Shown: in pieces, positions 21,649 through 35,662 of the stretch | How the letters are laid out: each line of letters starts with the position of its first letter | Position numbering within the stretch: position 1 is the stretch's first letter | NCBI GenBank assembly: GCA_002256025.1 | Contig: NKIB01014714.1 | Span: 1 to 41,215 of the forward strand | Length of the DNA: 41,215 nt | Reading direction: 5' to 3' | From: Asterionella formosa | Taxonomy: Eukaryota | The notes under the pieces: generated by a model | What the model saw: the letters and a program-made list of their open reading frames with translations, nothing else | Told to the model about the DNA's origin: nothing | Database searches by the model: none | Program-made: the position numbers and the translations under genes

Positions 21649-23626
21649 ATGGCCAACACAGACGAACTCTTTGCTAGGTACGGAAGCAAAACTGATCTGT
21701 GCATTCAGTTGTTGTTGCCATTCGTTTTGATACAGGCCCAATACTAATTGCTGTTCCAACTCACGCAGTCTCGGAGGGTCCTTGATGAAGGATCTATGGG
21801 CTGATCTGAACGTCGACGGCGACGATGACGGCATCGGATGGTCCTTGGAGCAGTTGGAACGAGAGTTGTCCCAGTTGGACGACCACCATGGAATGACGGA
21901 ACAAGAACGATCGAGCGACGAAGCTCTCGCCTCCTCGTCAGCAGCCACCATGGTAGTCTCGCACTCCCAGGGGAGGATTCCCTCGTACCAACAGGCGGCA
22001 ACGGCAGACGCCTGGAGTCAATCTCTAGCCAACTTTTCTGCACTGTCACTTGAGCATGACTTTCTAGCTGCCGATAGCGCGAGGAAATCTGTGATGCCTC
22101 CTCCGGGACTTTCCTCTGCTTTTTTAGAGCAAGCTGAAGAATACGATGTTGCAGAGCAGCTGCAGGCTCCACCGGGAATGATGGTCATGTCACCACAGCT
22201 TTTCCGCAACGAACAACCGCTACCAGAACCTCCAACACCTCAGAATAGTACCAGGCGACTGTTGTTTTCGAACGACACTACTTCTAGTCGTACTAGCGCT
22301 GACACTGCCACAGCTGCTGCCACGAGAACGCCACAGAATTCCATTGCGCAATTTGCTCAAGAAGATCTACCCCCAACCATGACACCTCAAAATTCAAGGG
22401 ACGCCTTGCCTATGATGGTGGATCCAAGCAAAGTCATGATGGGGATGCAGGAAGGGCAGACACCAATCACCACTTTTGGTGCCAAACCAAAAGGATTAGA
22501 GTCACCTGAAGGTATTCCAATCATGTCTCCCCCACATGGTATGTCACACGGTATTCCTCTCATGTCACCCGTAGTGATCCACCAACTATCACAACAACCA
22601 CCAATGATGCAACCAGCGATACTGTCGTCACCAACAGGGTTACCAATGCCTGCATGGCAAACCAATATGCCACCAACTCGTCCCATCTTTGCCAATGTAC
22701 ATCCAAATGCTCCTCCTGTACCTGCTAGGGCACTAGTATCTTCATTGATGACATCCCGGGACTTGGCATATGTTATTCATGCCATGCTGAAACCAGTGTT
22801 GATGATGGGCACGTCCACATCAGATTATCATATGAAATTATTGCAACGTCAAGCGGGGCCCACAAAAGCAACTCCAAACAAGAAGGAAAAGCTGGATAAT
22901 ATCATGTCAGCTCGTGCCAAAAAGGCAGCAGAATGGAAGGACACGAAAAAAATTTTGGGATCCAACTCCAGGTCCGACATTACAAGGCCGAGAGCCTTGA
23001 TTGCAACACCAACGTTGGTGAGTGATGAAGATTTTGAACAGAAATCACGTGCCTCTCTTTGGAAAGCTCGCCTCTTCATCGATCAAGGATACTATGCCAT
23101 GAACACACTAGTCGAAGTTTGGCAACAGCATGCACCAGGAAGTGCGATGCCAACAGAAGTGCACACACACTTGCTCAAGTTACTTAAATGTCTGGGTATG
23201 TCTGTGAAAGAAGGAGTATACTCTATTGAACCAGAAAAGGCCTTGAAACCCATTCTCAAAATGACCAAGGGCCAGATTTTCATTGCTCGACTTTTGGAAC
23301 AAGCTCTGTTGCCACCAAAAGCGGTCGTAGTATTGTTGCCACATGCTTTGGAAGTTTCTGTTGCAAGTGGAACTCCCAATGATATGGCTGACTCAAGACT
23401 CTTTGGAGGGTATGCACGTGTCATTTCGAGTATTCCTTTAGATGGTGAAACACTCTTGGAATGCATCCAGAAGGTGCAAACCAAGGAGGCATTGCAGTCT
23501 CAGTCTCGGATGGAGTGTGTCCATGCATTGTTACGAGTCGGAAGTATGCGAGGAGCCCAAGATCCTAATGGATTTGGTCAAATGTGGAATGATGCCGAAA
23601 CAGCCTTTTTGCAGCTTTTGAGTTAA
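21649..23626 (+). CDS. PAT1: Pat1-like mRNA decapping activator; exons 21649-21677 and 21769-23626
   Basis: Acidic N-terminus, Pro/Gln/Met-rich region, mid-domain-like LMTSRDLAYVIHAML..DY and LGSNSRSDITRPRALI, helical C-terminus. A 91-bp intron (21678-21768, GTACG..CTAAT..CAG) supplies the ATG start MANTDELFASLGGSLM. Confidence 0.62.
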
Positions 23627-24474
23627 GAGAACTGATTAGTAGTGTGCCACGGATATAATCTGGATGCGAACTTATATCAACAGCAGTTGTTGAGTATTCC
23701 AAACATTTTGTAAATGAAATCTTAAACTCTTTTGACATTAGAGACTGAGATCAAAAGTCATCTTGGCAATGTCGGGAAGGAGTAGCCTGAGATCTAAACC
23801 CATCTTGGCAATGTTGGAACATAACAGTTGTAATCCATTTTTTAAACCGTTTATGTCATTGTCTTAGTAAAGTGTGCATGTGTGTTACATTTGCGCTCAA
23901 ACATGATGGTTTTGGCATACCCAATAAAAATCTGATGAGATAAATGAAGTTTAGGTAGCATATAAAACAGATCTTAAAAGTAAAATAGTTGAATATGTTA
24001 TTGTGACTTCGAAACTAGTCCTACAGTTGTTCTAAGTCGCCGTTGCCGAAATGCATTGCATACCACCAAGCCAAACACTCAAACATAGCCTCCATATACA
24101 TAAAATTATATTTGAACTTGTAGTACGCTACTGTTAAAGAACCTGACTGTTGTGGAGGTTGTGAAATCGCACTGTGGCCCTGAAGGCCCTTGACCTGCCT
24201 GGGTTAACCGATTGTTCTCTTGGTAAGATCATAAAAAGTTAGTTTACACAATTATAGAGTTACCTGGTACCGGTAGGTAGTAAATAACAACTCGACAACA
24301 CACGAAGCAAATAGAATGCCATGGATATCTATGTATATGTAAATGAATATATATTGCTTCACTATACTATAACAATTCTACCATAAGGCTGTAATGCATA
24401 TTTTTATACCTGCTCACTTTTAACAACGATTCAATGCCTCCGCCCATGATAACTGTCATGACATTGGAAATGGC

Positions 24475-26217
24475 ATGTTGAAACGCCGCAACAACCGCTC
24501 AGCTCTGAAACAGCATCGTACCCATGTTACTCAGGCGCAGCGTGAAGCTATCAGTTCCAGCTTCCTGTCAAGATCGCTCCTCCTTTGGACCGCAATCCTC
24601 TCCTTACCGGTTATCTTGATTTCCTTGCACTCAATTCCCTTTTCATTTTGGAGGAAGGAATTTGTTCTTCCAACCCCATTAGCCACCATCGAACAACCAC
24701 AAAATAATGTTAGTTCTCTACTGTTAAGAAAGTTACAGCCACTACAACCACCCTTTGATGTATTGAAATCATTGTTGTTTCCCCAGCAAACAACAACAAC
24801 AACAACTCGGCATGTCCTCGAATCCGCTGTCGTTGATCTTCGTCATTGTTCGCTGGAGAAGATCGATTATACCAACTTTACCAAATGGGCTCAATACATC
24901 TTCGACGAAGGATCTATCCGCTTTCAATCGAAAGTAATAGATGGAATTGGAATCAACGATGAAGATTGGAATCAGACCGTGAGGCCAGAATTGATTTTAG
25001 GCCTCTTGGAAATATTCGCAACTCATCATAATGTATGTGATTTTTCAAAGCTGCAATTGAATATACCGAATGTGGATTATTCGACACATGCAGCATTCAT
25101 TCAAAGGATACCACAGAAGCCTACGGACCAACTGGCTCGATTGGTATTTGTGATTGTTGCATTTCATGACTGTGATCATTTACTAAGACTTGTGGAAGCA
25201 ATCCATATGCCACATCATTTGATTATAATTCACTTGGAACGATCGGCACCACCCGAATATGTCCGAGAAGTTCATACCAAGATTGTGACGATGTACAACA
25301 ATGTAGTTGTACTCCAATTTGGTGCCATCATGTACAGGACAGATTCAGTGTCCATGATCAATTATCAAATTATGAATTGGTTAATTCACCATGTTACGTC
25401 GTTCAAGTACGATTACCACATTTCACTTGGTGGAGCTGTATTCCCCCTGTATGGGGCCAAAGAGTTAGCAACACATTTGGCCAGTATGAGCAGCACAAAT
25501 GGTACGACACCACCACGACATGTTTGGCTTGGTGAATTGACACATGCTGGAGCACAAGTTCGTGTTCCTCAATATGGTCCCCTCCAAACCAAACGACTAC
25601 TAACAACGTACCCTAATAAATATACACAACCGATCAAACGGAAAATTTCCGAGGCACAGGGGATATTCTATCCTACACTGCCTGATTTTATTACTACCAA
25701 CATGGTGTATAAGACCAACTCAGGAAATCAAGCTGTGTTTGCCTATTCTGTTGTCCAAGAAATGGTCACATCGGCACAAGTCAAACAACTTTTTGCTATT
25801 GCCAAATATGGATGTTGCTGCTGTTTAGAAGAACGAACGTGGATTGCTGCCATGTTCATTCTTGGGTATGGAGATGAAGCCCTCCAACAAGCCAACATGT
25901 GGCAACTTTGGGGAGGAGAAACGGATTGTACTTCCAGTATGAGCAATGCTGTACTTAGTACGTCTGAAACCATTTGCTTTCGGTTAGAAGATGCAACTCA
26001 AGGATCAATTGTGTTGAATAAGACTATGGAACATTTACGAGATTCACTTAAAAATTCAAAGGCTGTGTATATTCGGGGAAACCAAATGATGCAAATGTTA
26101 AAAGATGCCAAACAACGGGGTTTTATGTTTGCTAGGAAGTTTCGATCAGATGATGCTCGTTCTCTGGAACTTCTACTGCGAATTAAAAATGAGATACATA
26201 ATGACAACAGAAAATAA
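24475..26217 (+). CDS. Type II membrane glycosyltransferase, GT14 (core-2/I-branching/xylosyltransferase-like), 580 aa
   Basis: N-terminal TM anchor; LVFVIVAFH..LLRLVEAI..P..IIIHLE, YDYHISLGGAVFPL and C-terminal FARKF motifs. Confidence 0.78.
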   Translation: MLKRRNNRSALKQHRTHVTQAQREAISSSFLSRSLLLWTAILSLPVILISLHSIPFSFWRKEFVLPTPLATIEQPQNNVSSLLLRKLQPLQPPFDVLKSLLFPQQTTTTTTRHVLESAVVDLRHCSLEKIDYTNFTKWAQYIFDEGSIRFQSKVIDGIGINDEDWNQTVRPELILGLLEIFATHHNVCDFSKLQLNIPNVDYSTHAAFIQRIPQKPTDQLARLVFVIVAFHDCDHLLRLVEAIHMPHHLIIIHLERSAPPEYVREVHTKIVTMYNNVVVLQFGAIMYRTDSVSMINYQIMNWLIHHVTSFKYDYHISLGGAVFPLYGAKELATHLASMSSTNGTTPPRHVWLGELTHAGAQVRVPQYGPLQTKRLLTTYPNKYTQPIKRKISEAQGIFYPTLPDFITTNMVYKTNSGNQAVFAYSVVQEMVTSAQVKQLFAIAKYGCCCCLEERTWIAAMFILGYGDEALQQANMWQLWGGETDCTSSMSNAVLSTSETICFRLEDATQGSIVLNKTMEHLRDSLKNSKAVYIRGNQMMQMLKDAKQRGFMFARKFRSDDARSLELLLRIKNEIHNDNRK

Positions 26218-26709
26218 AGGGAGGTTTAATTTCGTTGCTGCTGGTACTGACAACCGATAAAAAGGATATTGTTAATTGATGCCAAATTGTATTTATCACA
26301 GCCGCTTGCTCTCAATTGCAGAATCTGACACTAAAGGCTAATAATGTTACCAGGTACCATATGTAGGCTCGACTGTTGTAGTTTGGTTAGGGCCAGGGTT
26401 AACCCTCAAAGACTTTCTTGATTGATATCATATTTTTGATTACTCCGAATGAATGTTTCTACAGGAACATATTCTGACTTGTACGTTCAGACTACCTGGT
26501 ATAAACATACATACAGGAATTTCAACGAATCTGATAGAAGGATTTGCCTGACACAAAGAGGCACAGTGCTGAGACTACCGGTACCTGGTACCTGGTACTG
26601 GTAATACTACAGGTAGTCCATACATCTGATACACATTTCATTCAGGATCTTTCTGCGAACCCCTCTCGCCACTCTTGTCTTGATCATCAACTCCAACGCC
26701 AACATCACA

Positions 26710-27541
<832 letters not shown>

Positions 27542-27917
27542 AACCGTTGGCAAAAACTCACAGAAATGTCGAAACTATAGATTTTGAATATTAAAACTAA
27601 AGCAAACCACTTTGTTGAGAGAATTTTTCATTTGCTTGCCGATAGGAAACAACACCATTTCTACTGATTTGCGTGTTATTCTTTAGGTAGTTTGGTTATT
27701 GTTGACTTGATCGATTGTAGAAACAGCATTTTGCGAAAAGTTGACAAAATCGCATTGTACCATGACTGAGGTTTCATTCTATACGACAAGTTGGGATCAC
27801 CAGCAAAGACGATTGCTCATAACTCCCACAAAAACTAGACTCAAAGAAAAACGGTAATTAAGTTCAAATCTCTCTAAATGGATGGAGGTAGGATATAATA
27901 ATTAAAAAGCAACTATC

Positions 27918-29249
27918 TCATATCTCCCTTCCTTGCGTTACTTGAACCACTTCAATTTCATCATCGTCACTGTCGCTTCCACAAATTTCCAAAGCTGAAT
28001 TCGCCGTATTACCTGCTCCAAGTTGCAAATAGTTTGACGCAAAATTTCGGGGTGGAATCTGCGGGGCTGGCAGCATATCAGCCATGACCGATCGTTGCTG
28101 CCCTGCAAGTGAGACATGAAACCGTTGTTGTACCAACCTGGGGTCCGCGGACGGAACATTTTGAGCTAGACTGTCGACACTTGGACCGAAACCACCAAAA
28201 ATAGGCGTAGATCCTGTACTCTGTGGGTTGCGCATTCCGTGGATAAATGAATAATAGCCATCTTCGTCTGAGGTATTAACTTCATCATCAGAGGGTAAAA
28301 GGTTATCCTCAAATCGATTATTAACCCCTGGCCAATTAGGTAAACCTAGATTCTGACGTCGCTGGTGTATTTGTCGTGCATTCATCTCTAGTCCAAGACC
28401 AGTGGATCCAAGGCCAGAGAAAATTAGTCGAGCAATGGAAGGAGGAAAGGCACCGTTCATTCCGCCAATGTTTGCTACGTATACGAAAAAATGTCAGCGC
28501 TTACTTTTTCACTGCACAAGCGATTTGATCAAAGCACAACTCAACTTACCTAACAGACTCTCGAGTGGATTTCCTCCTTGGTTCAAATCTGCTCGCTGAT
28601 CGCGATTCTTGACCTTTTTGGTATTCTTCCCCTTCGCCGCGCCGCAAGCTCTTTTGCCCTTGGCCTTCTTGTGAACACGTTCAATTTTGTAGAATCGCTC
28701 CTTACAAAGTGGGCAAGTGTTCTCTCGTTCACTCCATTTTTCAATACAATCGAAGCAGAAGTTGTGGCCGCATCCATCAATGGCAGATTGCTCCCCTGGA
28801 TCGGGGTCACACATACAAATACAGCAGGCATTGTCTTTGGTGTCCGTCGTCGACTTGGGTGCTTCGTCATCGGGATCTGCCTTGAGACTAGCAGGTGGAA
28901 TCTTGAGATAGGCCTTTTTGGGTGATGACGCAGACGAGGCCTTGCGCTTCCGACTTTTGCATTCCTCGGCAACTGGATTGCTAGCTGCTGCTGTTGCTTG
29001 TGTCCCGGAAAGTCTCAAGTCTCGTGAAGGGAAGCGCTGATCCATCATGACGTGAACCACCATGTTGCGTCCCATATAGTATGGGACATGTGACTCCGCA
29101 GGAGATCTTCCGGCATATGCAGCCGACAGGGGTTGCGCACTCTGGGCAGCAGCCACCATGGCAGAAATCTGACTGGTAGATATTGATGAGTCCGGTAAAG
29201 TGGCGACTCCTCCAGAAGCAGGGGCAACATCAGGCCTACTCGCGTCCAT
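27918..29249 (-). CDS. C3HC4 RING-finger protein (putative E3 ligase); exons 29249-28550 and 28474-27918; 5' end uncertain
   Basis: CCIC-x-CGHNFCFDCI..W..ENTCPLCK; basic NLS-like patches. The 75-bp intron 28549-28475 (GTAAG..CTGAC..TAG) joins the two ORFs in frame. Confidence 0.85.
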
Positions 29250-29928
29250 TTCTATGTGAGTTCGTATTCGGCCACAGGATGCCAGCGGAATTCAGCCTAA
29301 GGAGCGTATGCATGGAAAGGGTGAGGGATCGTACAATGGGATGAGGTGTCACTCCATCAATCATCTGAGCACAGCAATTTGTTCCTATGCAAAGTTAATG
29401 AACCTGCAGGGCCTCGACCTATTTCGAGCACTGGTCGTTCAAAACGAGAATGAGGGGCAGTACATACGTCATCATAGACACTCTGCTGTCCTGGACTGTT
29501 CCTCGAAGAAACTCTTTCCGTCCACCATGCGGTTCGCGTTTTTCCTTTGCGGGGATTCACGTTGTTTCAGATATCGCCTCTGGATGCGCAAGGGATCCAA
29601 TGCTTCCTCCCGCTTGGGCAATCTTGAACGAAGCATTTGTATGGCATCAAAGGCGACGAATTCGTTTACGAAATAATCGTTCGAAAAGCCCGATTGACTT
29701 GATTCGAAAAACAGATCAAAATGAAAGGAGAATCCTTTTCAAGTGATCTCGTATATCCTCGCATTCTATTCCTATTCTACTTACTGTTCCAATGGACTTG
29801 TCTCAATTCAAAGGCAAATATTGGTGGTTCCTTGGCCAACGTCGTTTTCTGCAGGTGGAAGCTACCGCTTGTCCCGGATAAGGCGATATTCGTGCTTTTG
29901 CATTTCTTATGCTGCACAAATCCAATTA

Positions 29929-30125
29929 CGGTACCAGGTACCTGGTACTGTACCGGCATAGCTGTACTGTGGTACCACGCCGCACAAGGTAACCTGGTAC
30001 CAGGTACCAGAGTAACAGGGTACCAGGTACCGGTATGTATATTCTGATTCGGCAGATACAAAGACTGTGTATGTAGAATTATTTAATCGTCAACTACCGG
30101 TACTAGTCTACCCGGGTACCAGTAT
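29929..30125. repeat. GGTACC(A/T) palindromic micro-repeat cluster upstream of the RING gene
   Basis: GGTACCAGGTACCTGGTAC, ACCTGGTACCAGGTACC, GGGTACCAGGTACCGGTA. Confidence 0.8.
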
Positions 30126-30189
30126 TCTTTAAGGTCCTGTATATGCATGTGATGTAAGGTCATATGATAGATAGGGTACCAGAGCAACT

Positions 30190-30266
30190 TGCGGTCATTT
30201 TGCTTAAATAAACAATTTAATATGGGATAAAGATAGCTAAACGTTTTAGTTTCAGCACAATTACCG
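30190..30266. repeat. About 76-bp direct repeat; second copy at 33087-33161
   Basis: TGCGGTCATTTTGCTTAAATAAACAATTT.ATATGGG.TAAAGA.AGCTAAA...TTCAGCA.AATTACCG occurs at both sites. Confidence 0.9.
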
Positions 30267-31889
30267 GTACTGCAACTTGCACAGGGTTCCAGACACAAGG
30301 TATACACAGTATAAATCAGATGAGAACTCCAAACTCGGGATATTCCATGTTTTTCACTTTTTTTCTGATTGCCACTTTTGACCTAAATTAACGAAAGATC
30401 AACATCCAATCGGTAGAGAACTAACAGTATGATTCCATTTGGTATATAATCAAGATACATTCTGAAGCTTAAGAAATAGAAAATGAATGATTTTTATGAC
30501 AAAACATGTTTCTAATACTGTCAGTGGGTCAATGCAGATTGAAACTTTTCCAGTGGTGGGTCAATGAAGTTATTTACTGGTACCAGGGTACCAAATACCT
30601 GATCCCATGTACAGGTCATGGTGCGTAGCAGGGGTACAAAGTACTGGCAGCCAACATATTAGTACTCTGCCCATGACAATTCAGGACTAATTTGGAAAAA
30701 TTCCCATCTTGTTTGCTCTCTATAGAAGCAAGGTGAGTAACATGTATGGAGGAATGTCTGTCAATGTAATTGCAACAACTATTTTCAATTAATGAACTTC
30801 ATCCCAATCTGAAAGTTCTGCGATTTTCATTTCATGTGTGCACTTCTGCTAAATGCATTCATGATGATTTCCACCTCGTGACTTTTTGTAGATTCTCCAT
30901 GTGATGCATGACACAAGCAAGACCAACTCATTGAAATCGGAACAGAAATAACAGCTTGTGGACAAAGCACATCACCAAACAAGGCCCATAAGCCAGCAAG
31001 AACCTTTCCATCAAGAATTGCTTAGCTGGTCATGTATGGCACCATCATCACATGAGCATTTTACCCAAAAGTTTGGTTCAGAAACAGCAAACCAAGCTTA
31101 GAGTATTGGTAAGCCAGCTGAAATGCAAGCAACATAATGGTAGCCTGCTTTCTCATAAAGCATATAAACATCACGGAAGCGAACTTGCTAGAATCCAACC
31201 CCACAGTTGTTAATGGCATCACTTGATGGGTTTGCTGCTGACAATCCACTGGAGGCAAATGGTGTTGCACCTTTTGATTTTCTATGGGAATCTATATCAT
31301 CAATGTCATAGCCATGAAAGTTCTCCCTCATGCTTCATGAAATTCTGTTTGAGAAACTTTCTAAACAATCCTCTTGATTTAGCTACACCTGGAAATAGTT
31401 GCTGCTGACAGAACTGCCATTAGGAAAAATGTGGACAAAATTCAATTTTCGTTGTTAATATTAGCGTTATTTCAATAATACTTTGTAAATTCTATTTTCT
31501 TTTTCGTTCTTAATAGAGATATTAAATAGCAAAGTGCTCTTCTCAATTTTCGTGGAGATAATTCGCAATTTCTTCATGGTCAAGGCAGAGACAACATGAT
31601 GCAGGATTCTCCAGCTGCTCACAACCACTACCAGTACACTCTAGCATTTTTATATGAGCAAAATAGTCGCATTATTTCAGCTATATAATTTTTTGTGGAG
31701 TTATATAATAATAGCACATTCCTTTGCCCATGTCTAGAAAATTATTGGGTGCCACCTTGACAATTGCACAACAAGCAGGGGTCCATCAACAATGGGGGGG
31801 GGTCCAGGGAGTTCTGGTCCAAATATTGCAAATATTTGTCTGTACATTTATATATGCATAATCAAATATGCCAGCAGTTAATTTTTGTT

Positions 31890-32037
31890 TATGTTGTGTG
31901 CTTGTGTGCTTGATTGTGTTCATGCTTGCTTGTGTGCTTGCTTGTGTTCATGCTTGCTTGTGTTCATGCATGCTTGCTTGTGTTCATGCTTGCTTGTGTT
32001 CATGCTTGTGTGCTTGCTTGTGTGCTTGCTTGCTTGT
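31890..32037. repeat. Compound minisatellite built from TGCT, TGTG and TTCA blocks (e.g. TGCTTGCTTGTGTTCA)
   Basis: Directly visible tandem units. Confidence 0.92.
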
Positions 32038-34372
32038 CTACTTGTACTGGTAAAAAATAGGTTTACATACAATTAACGCACAGTTTCAACATGAAAATGG
32101 ATACAGTTACCGGTATAAAATAAGGATATGTATAAACTATGGTACCTTGTACCCTGCTACTGGGTACCAGTAAAGAACTGCTGTGACCCACTGAGTTCTC
32201 CTACGAACCCTTTTATGTGGACAAAATTTGCCGGTAATGGGTCACAGCTGTACTTAAATTTTTATTTATAATTGCATATAATTTTATAAACCATTTTTTA
32301 CACTTTGAACGACCATGGTGCCCGGTACCACCAGGGTACCGGGGGGGGGGATGGGGGGGATGGGGGGGGTTCATCCTGAATCATTAGGTAGCTAAAATAC
32401 CATAACTACGAGTATAACAAATGTTTTTAGCTTTAGTAAAATTATTTACATAAACAACATAGCGTTACATATGAACAAATTTTATACTTTCAGGTATGTT
32501 AAACATTTCATATACTGCATTGACCCACTGGGACTGAATTTTACGTCTAGATGTACATAAATACCTTCTGAACCATATTTTCAATTTATCTAGGAAAAGG
32601 ATGCTAATGTACCGACGCCATATGCCATCAATACTTCCGAACAGATATCAGAGATTGGGGAACTAAGTGTTAGTCGAATTAATCAAACGAATGGGATAAA
32701 ACAGTGGGTCAATGAAGTTTTTTAATGGTACCGGGCTTTCAAATGATCCTACTAACTATTACCGGTAGGGTAAATGGTACGTTAAATCCAGAACGAAGGA
32801 TGTGCGGTTTTTCACTTTGGCCAGAAAAAACAAATCTTGGAGACTTTCAGGAAATTCCAGGAATTTCCTGAAGTTTCCTGACATTTCCTCAAGTTTCCTG
32901 AAAGTCATAGTCATATGCTTTGTATTCTCGATTTTGAAATTAGAAAAAATCCGCTATTTATTTCGCTGAAGCGTGCTATGAATTGAAGATGTCCTTTAGT
33001 ACTATTTATGATAGAACATGTCAATGTCTGGTAACACGTTGTCTGTTTCAGGAAAATGACCACAGCTTGCAGGTACAGCAACCCGATGCGGTCATTTTGC
33101 TTAAATAAACAATTTGATATGGGGTAAAGAGAGCTAAATCCTTAGTTCAGCAAAATTACCGCAAATGCGGGTACCAGGGTGCCACCAGTACATACCGGTA
33201 CATCATAATCACACACAAATACATTCAGCAATCAACACTTACCGGTATGTACCGGTATCGGTACACACTTTCTTTGCATTGTTGTATGGGGGCTGATGGT
33301 AGCTATGTGGGTCAAAGTTGGCGCGCCTGATTATGCATGGTCAAGTTACTTAACCAATATCAGGGGATAGGGATAGGTTTATGACAAGAATCATCCGCAA
33401 AATAAATCGCATGCAATATTTTTGTATATTGTTGTGTGTATCACAAAAAATGAATCCTTAAAACATGGGGTAATCCGTGTTCTGGCAATTTTTTCGTTGA
33501 TTGCACTTTTCAAGCAATATTTTAGGAGAGACAAATTGCTATAAACTTATATCTAATGGCATATCCTTGTCAAAGCGTATATGGTCAGGATTTGGGTCAA
33601 AGTTTTAAAATTAACATATTGGCATGATTTGGTGGTGTCAAACCGTGTTTTCTCCTGTTCAGTGGGTCACAGTGGTTCCAAAATTATTTCAGTGGGTCAC
33701 AGCAGTTTTTTACTGGTAGTACTCCAGGGTGTCATGGAAATCCCTACCTCAAAACATAACCACGCACTAAACATGGTAAGCATATGATGGCAACATCTAT
33801 TACCTGGTACTGGTATGTGATTCTCCTAGGCATGATAGCTGTTATTGATTAATGAATGAATTGATACATAATACAATCTTTGGCAAATGGCTTTGTGTCA
33901 ATCAAGCACACCTTCTGTGGTGGCAGGTTCAATTCCTGCATTACCGGTATCATACTACCGGTAGACTTTCAGCATTCCTGGTAGAATTGTGCTAGTCTAC
34001 TGTAAAGAATTTTTGTATGTACTGTATATACTGGTAGAGACTTGAATGAGAAGTCACATACCATAACCCTTCTAAAATGTATGATTGCGTGCAAAAAAGC
34101 TTGTTGTTTTGCGTCCACAATGGCCATCATTGACCGTCGCTTTTCTTTATACCACATTGCAATCTTGCGGATCCAACTCCGGTTTGAGATTCACAATCGT
34201 CTGTACTAGTAATATAATGAGTCGATGGATCCATGAAGGCACTCATTCTCATTTAATTTTGAGCTATTTTAATATTATCTGTTCACAACATTCCTACCAA
34301 CAGAAATGGATTCCAATCGAGCTCTTGGCTGTGGTGTGACCACATACCCTGAGATTCAATGTCAAAGATGAC

Positions 34373-35274
34373 ATGAATTTCACCAAGACTAGTATGTTGA
34401 CAAGAACGATTTTCAAAATTCATGGAAAGACAGGAAGAGAGGCAAATAATGTGGTACTGGTGGAAGATCTTCTGGTTGACATGTATCAGCATGGTCATTG
34501 TGAGAAAGGAAGTGGTCAGCATGAGTTTGTGTACCTGACAATGGAAGGAGGAGTCAAGCCCAAGTTTCCATCTGGAAAGAATGCATCTTTGTGGGTGGAT
34601 ACATGTGTTGCAAGGCGATTGTGTGGTGGGAGGAAGGATGGCAATGTAGTAATTGATGAAATTTTCAAAAAGGTGATGACACCTTCTGCCAATAAAAGAA
34701 AATGGGACTTTGGTGAAGAAGCAAGGAAAAGTGACAATACAACAGATGATTCTCGTCGTTCTAAATCATTTTATGATAGCAATCAACCTCATATTCCTGG
34801 ATTTGTTGATTGGTGGACTTCTGGCAGTGCCCAGCTCCTTTTTGCGCCATGTGGCAAATACAACAATAATTACAATGTGAAGGACATCGTCATGGTCAGA
34901 ATTGAACTACTCAAGTTGGTGAATCAGAATTCCAGCAATTGGAGACTTGTTGTTGAGGAAGGGGATAAGGAAATAAATGCAGCCACTCCAATGATATCTT
35001 AATGATTTGACAAAGATGTATGTATTTGGTGACTGCATTGCACAAGTTTGTAAATGAAGAAAAAACTGGAATGAGATGGACATGGAAGAAGTGCATCATG
35101 CACTCTATGAGTGAAATGAACAATGTTGGTGTTGAAGTCTACACTAACTGGCGACCTTTACAGCGATGGCATCGTCGATTTGTTACTAGGTTGAACAAAA
35201 CTTTCTTGAAGGCACCATCTGCCAAGCAATTAATGCCACCATTTTTCCGGGAGCACCCAACCAATATTTGGTGA
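34373..35274 (+). pseudogene. Frameshifted, truncated coding remnant, probably transposon-derived
   Basis: Two consecutive protein-like ORFs (209 and 84 aa) in different frames, within a repeat-rich gene-poor region. No catalytic motif recognised. Confidence 0.4.
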
Positions 35275-35662
35275 AACCAAATTCTAACATACTACAAGGT
35301 ACGGGCGGCTACCCGATGTACTTTGCCGGTGCACCTCCCAGCTATAATAGAATTAACTTTTAGCAAACCAAACAAACAAAACTAAGTCATGTATGAGTAA
35401 ACCGATTCATGTTCATGACATGAGTCAAAGATTGATTCATATATGAGTAAAGATTGATTCATGTTCATGACTAGACCCAGAAAGGTCATGACTCATCAAG
35501 GACAATGAAGTTTACGGTACTAATTGAGCGCGTGCTCCACCAAACCCGATAAACAGGGATAAGCATGAATAAATAAACTGGTGATCTACAGCCAATGCCA
35601 AATACCGAGCGAAACATAAACAACACTTTTTCAAATCGACTTCTCAATGACTTTACAAAACA

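Noticed and set aside
26395..26406. AGGGTTAACCCT palindrome, and TTAACCCT at 1561, as piggyBac or telomere-like ends
   Set aside because: Isolated short matches with no paired terminus or tandem telomeric units.
31868..32076. Cys-rich ORFs resembling metallothionein
   Set aside because: Translations of the TGCT/TGTG minisatellite.
30521..33718. Spaced short repeats as a possible CRISPR array
   Set aside because: Irregular spacing, mixed orientation, eukaryotic context and no cas genes.
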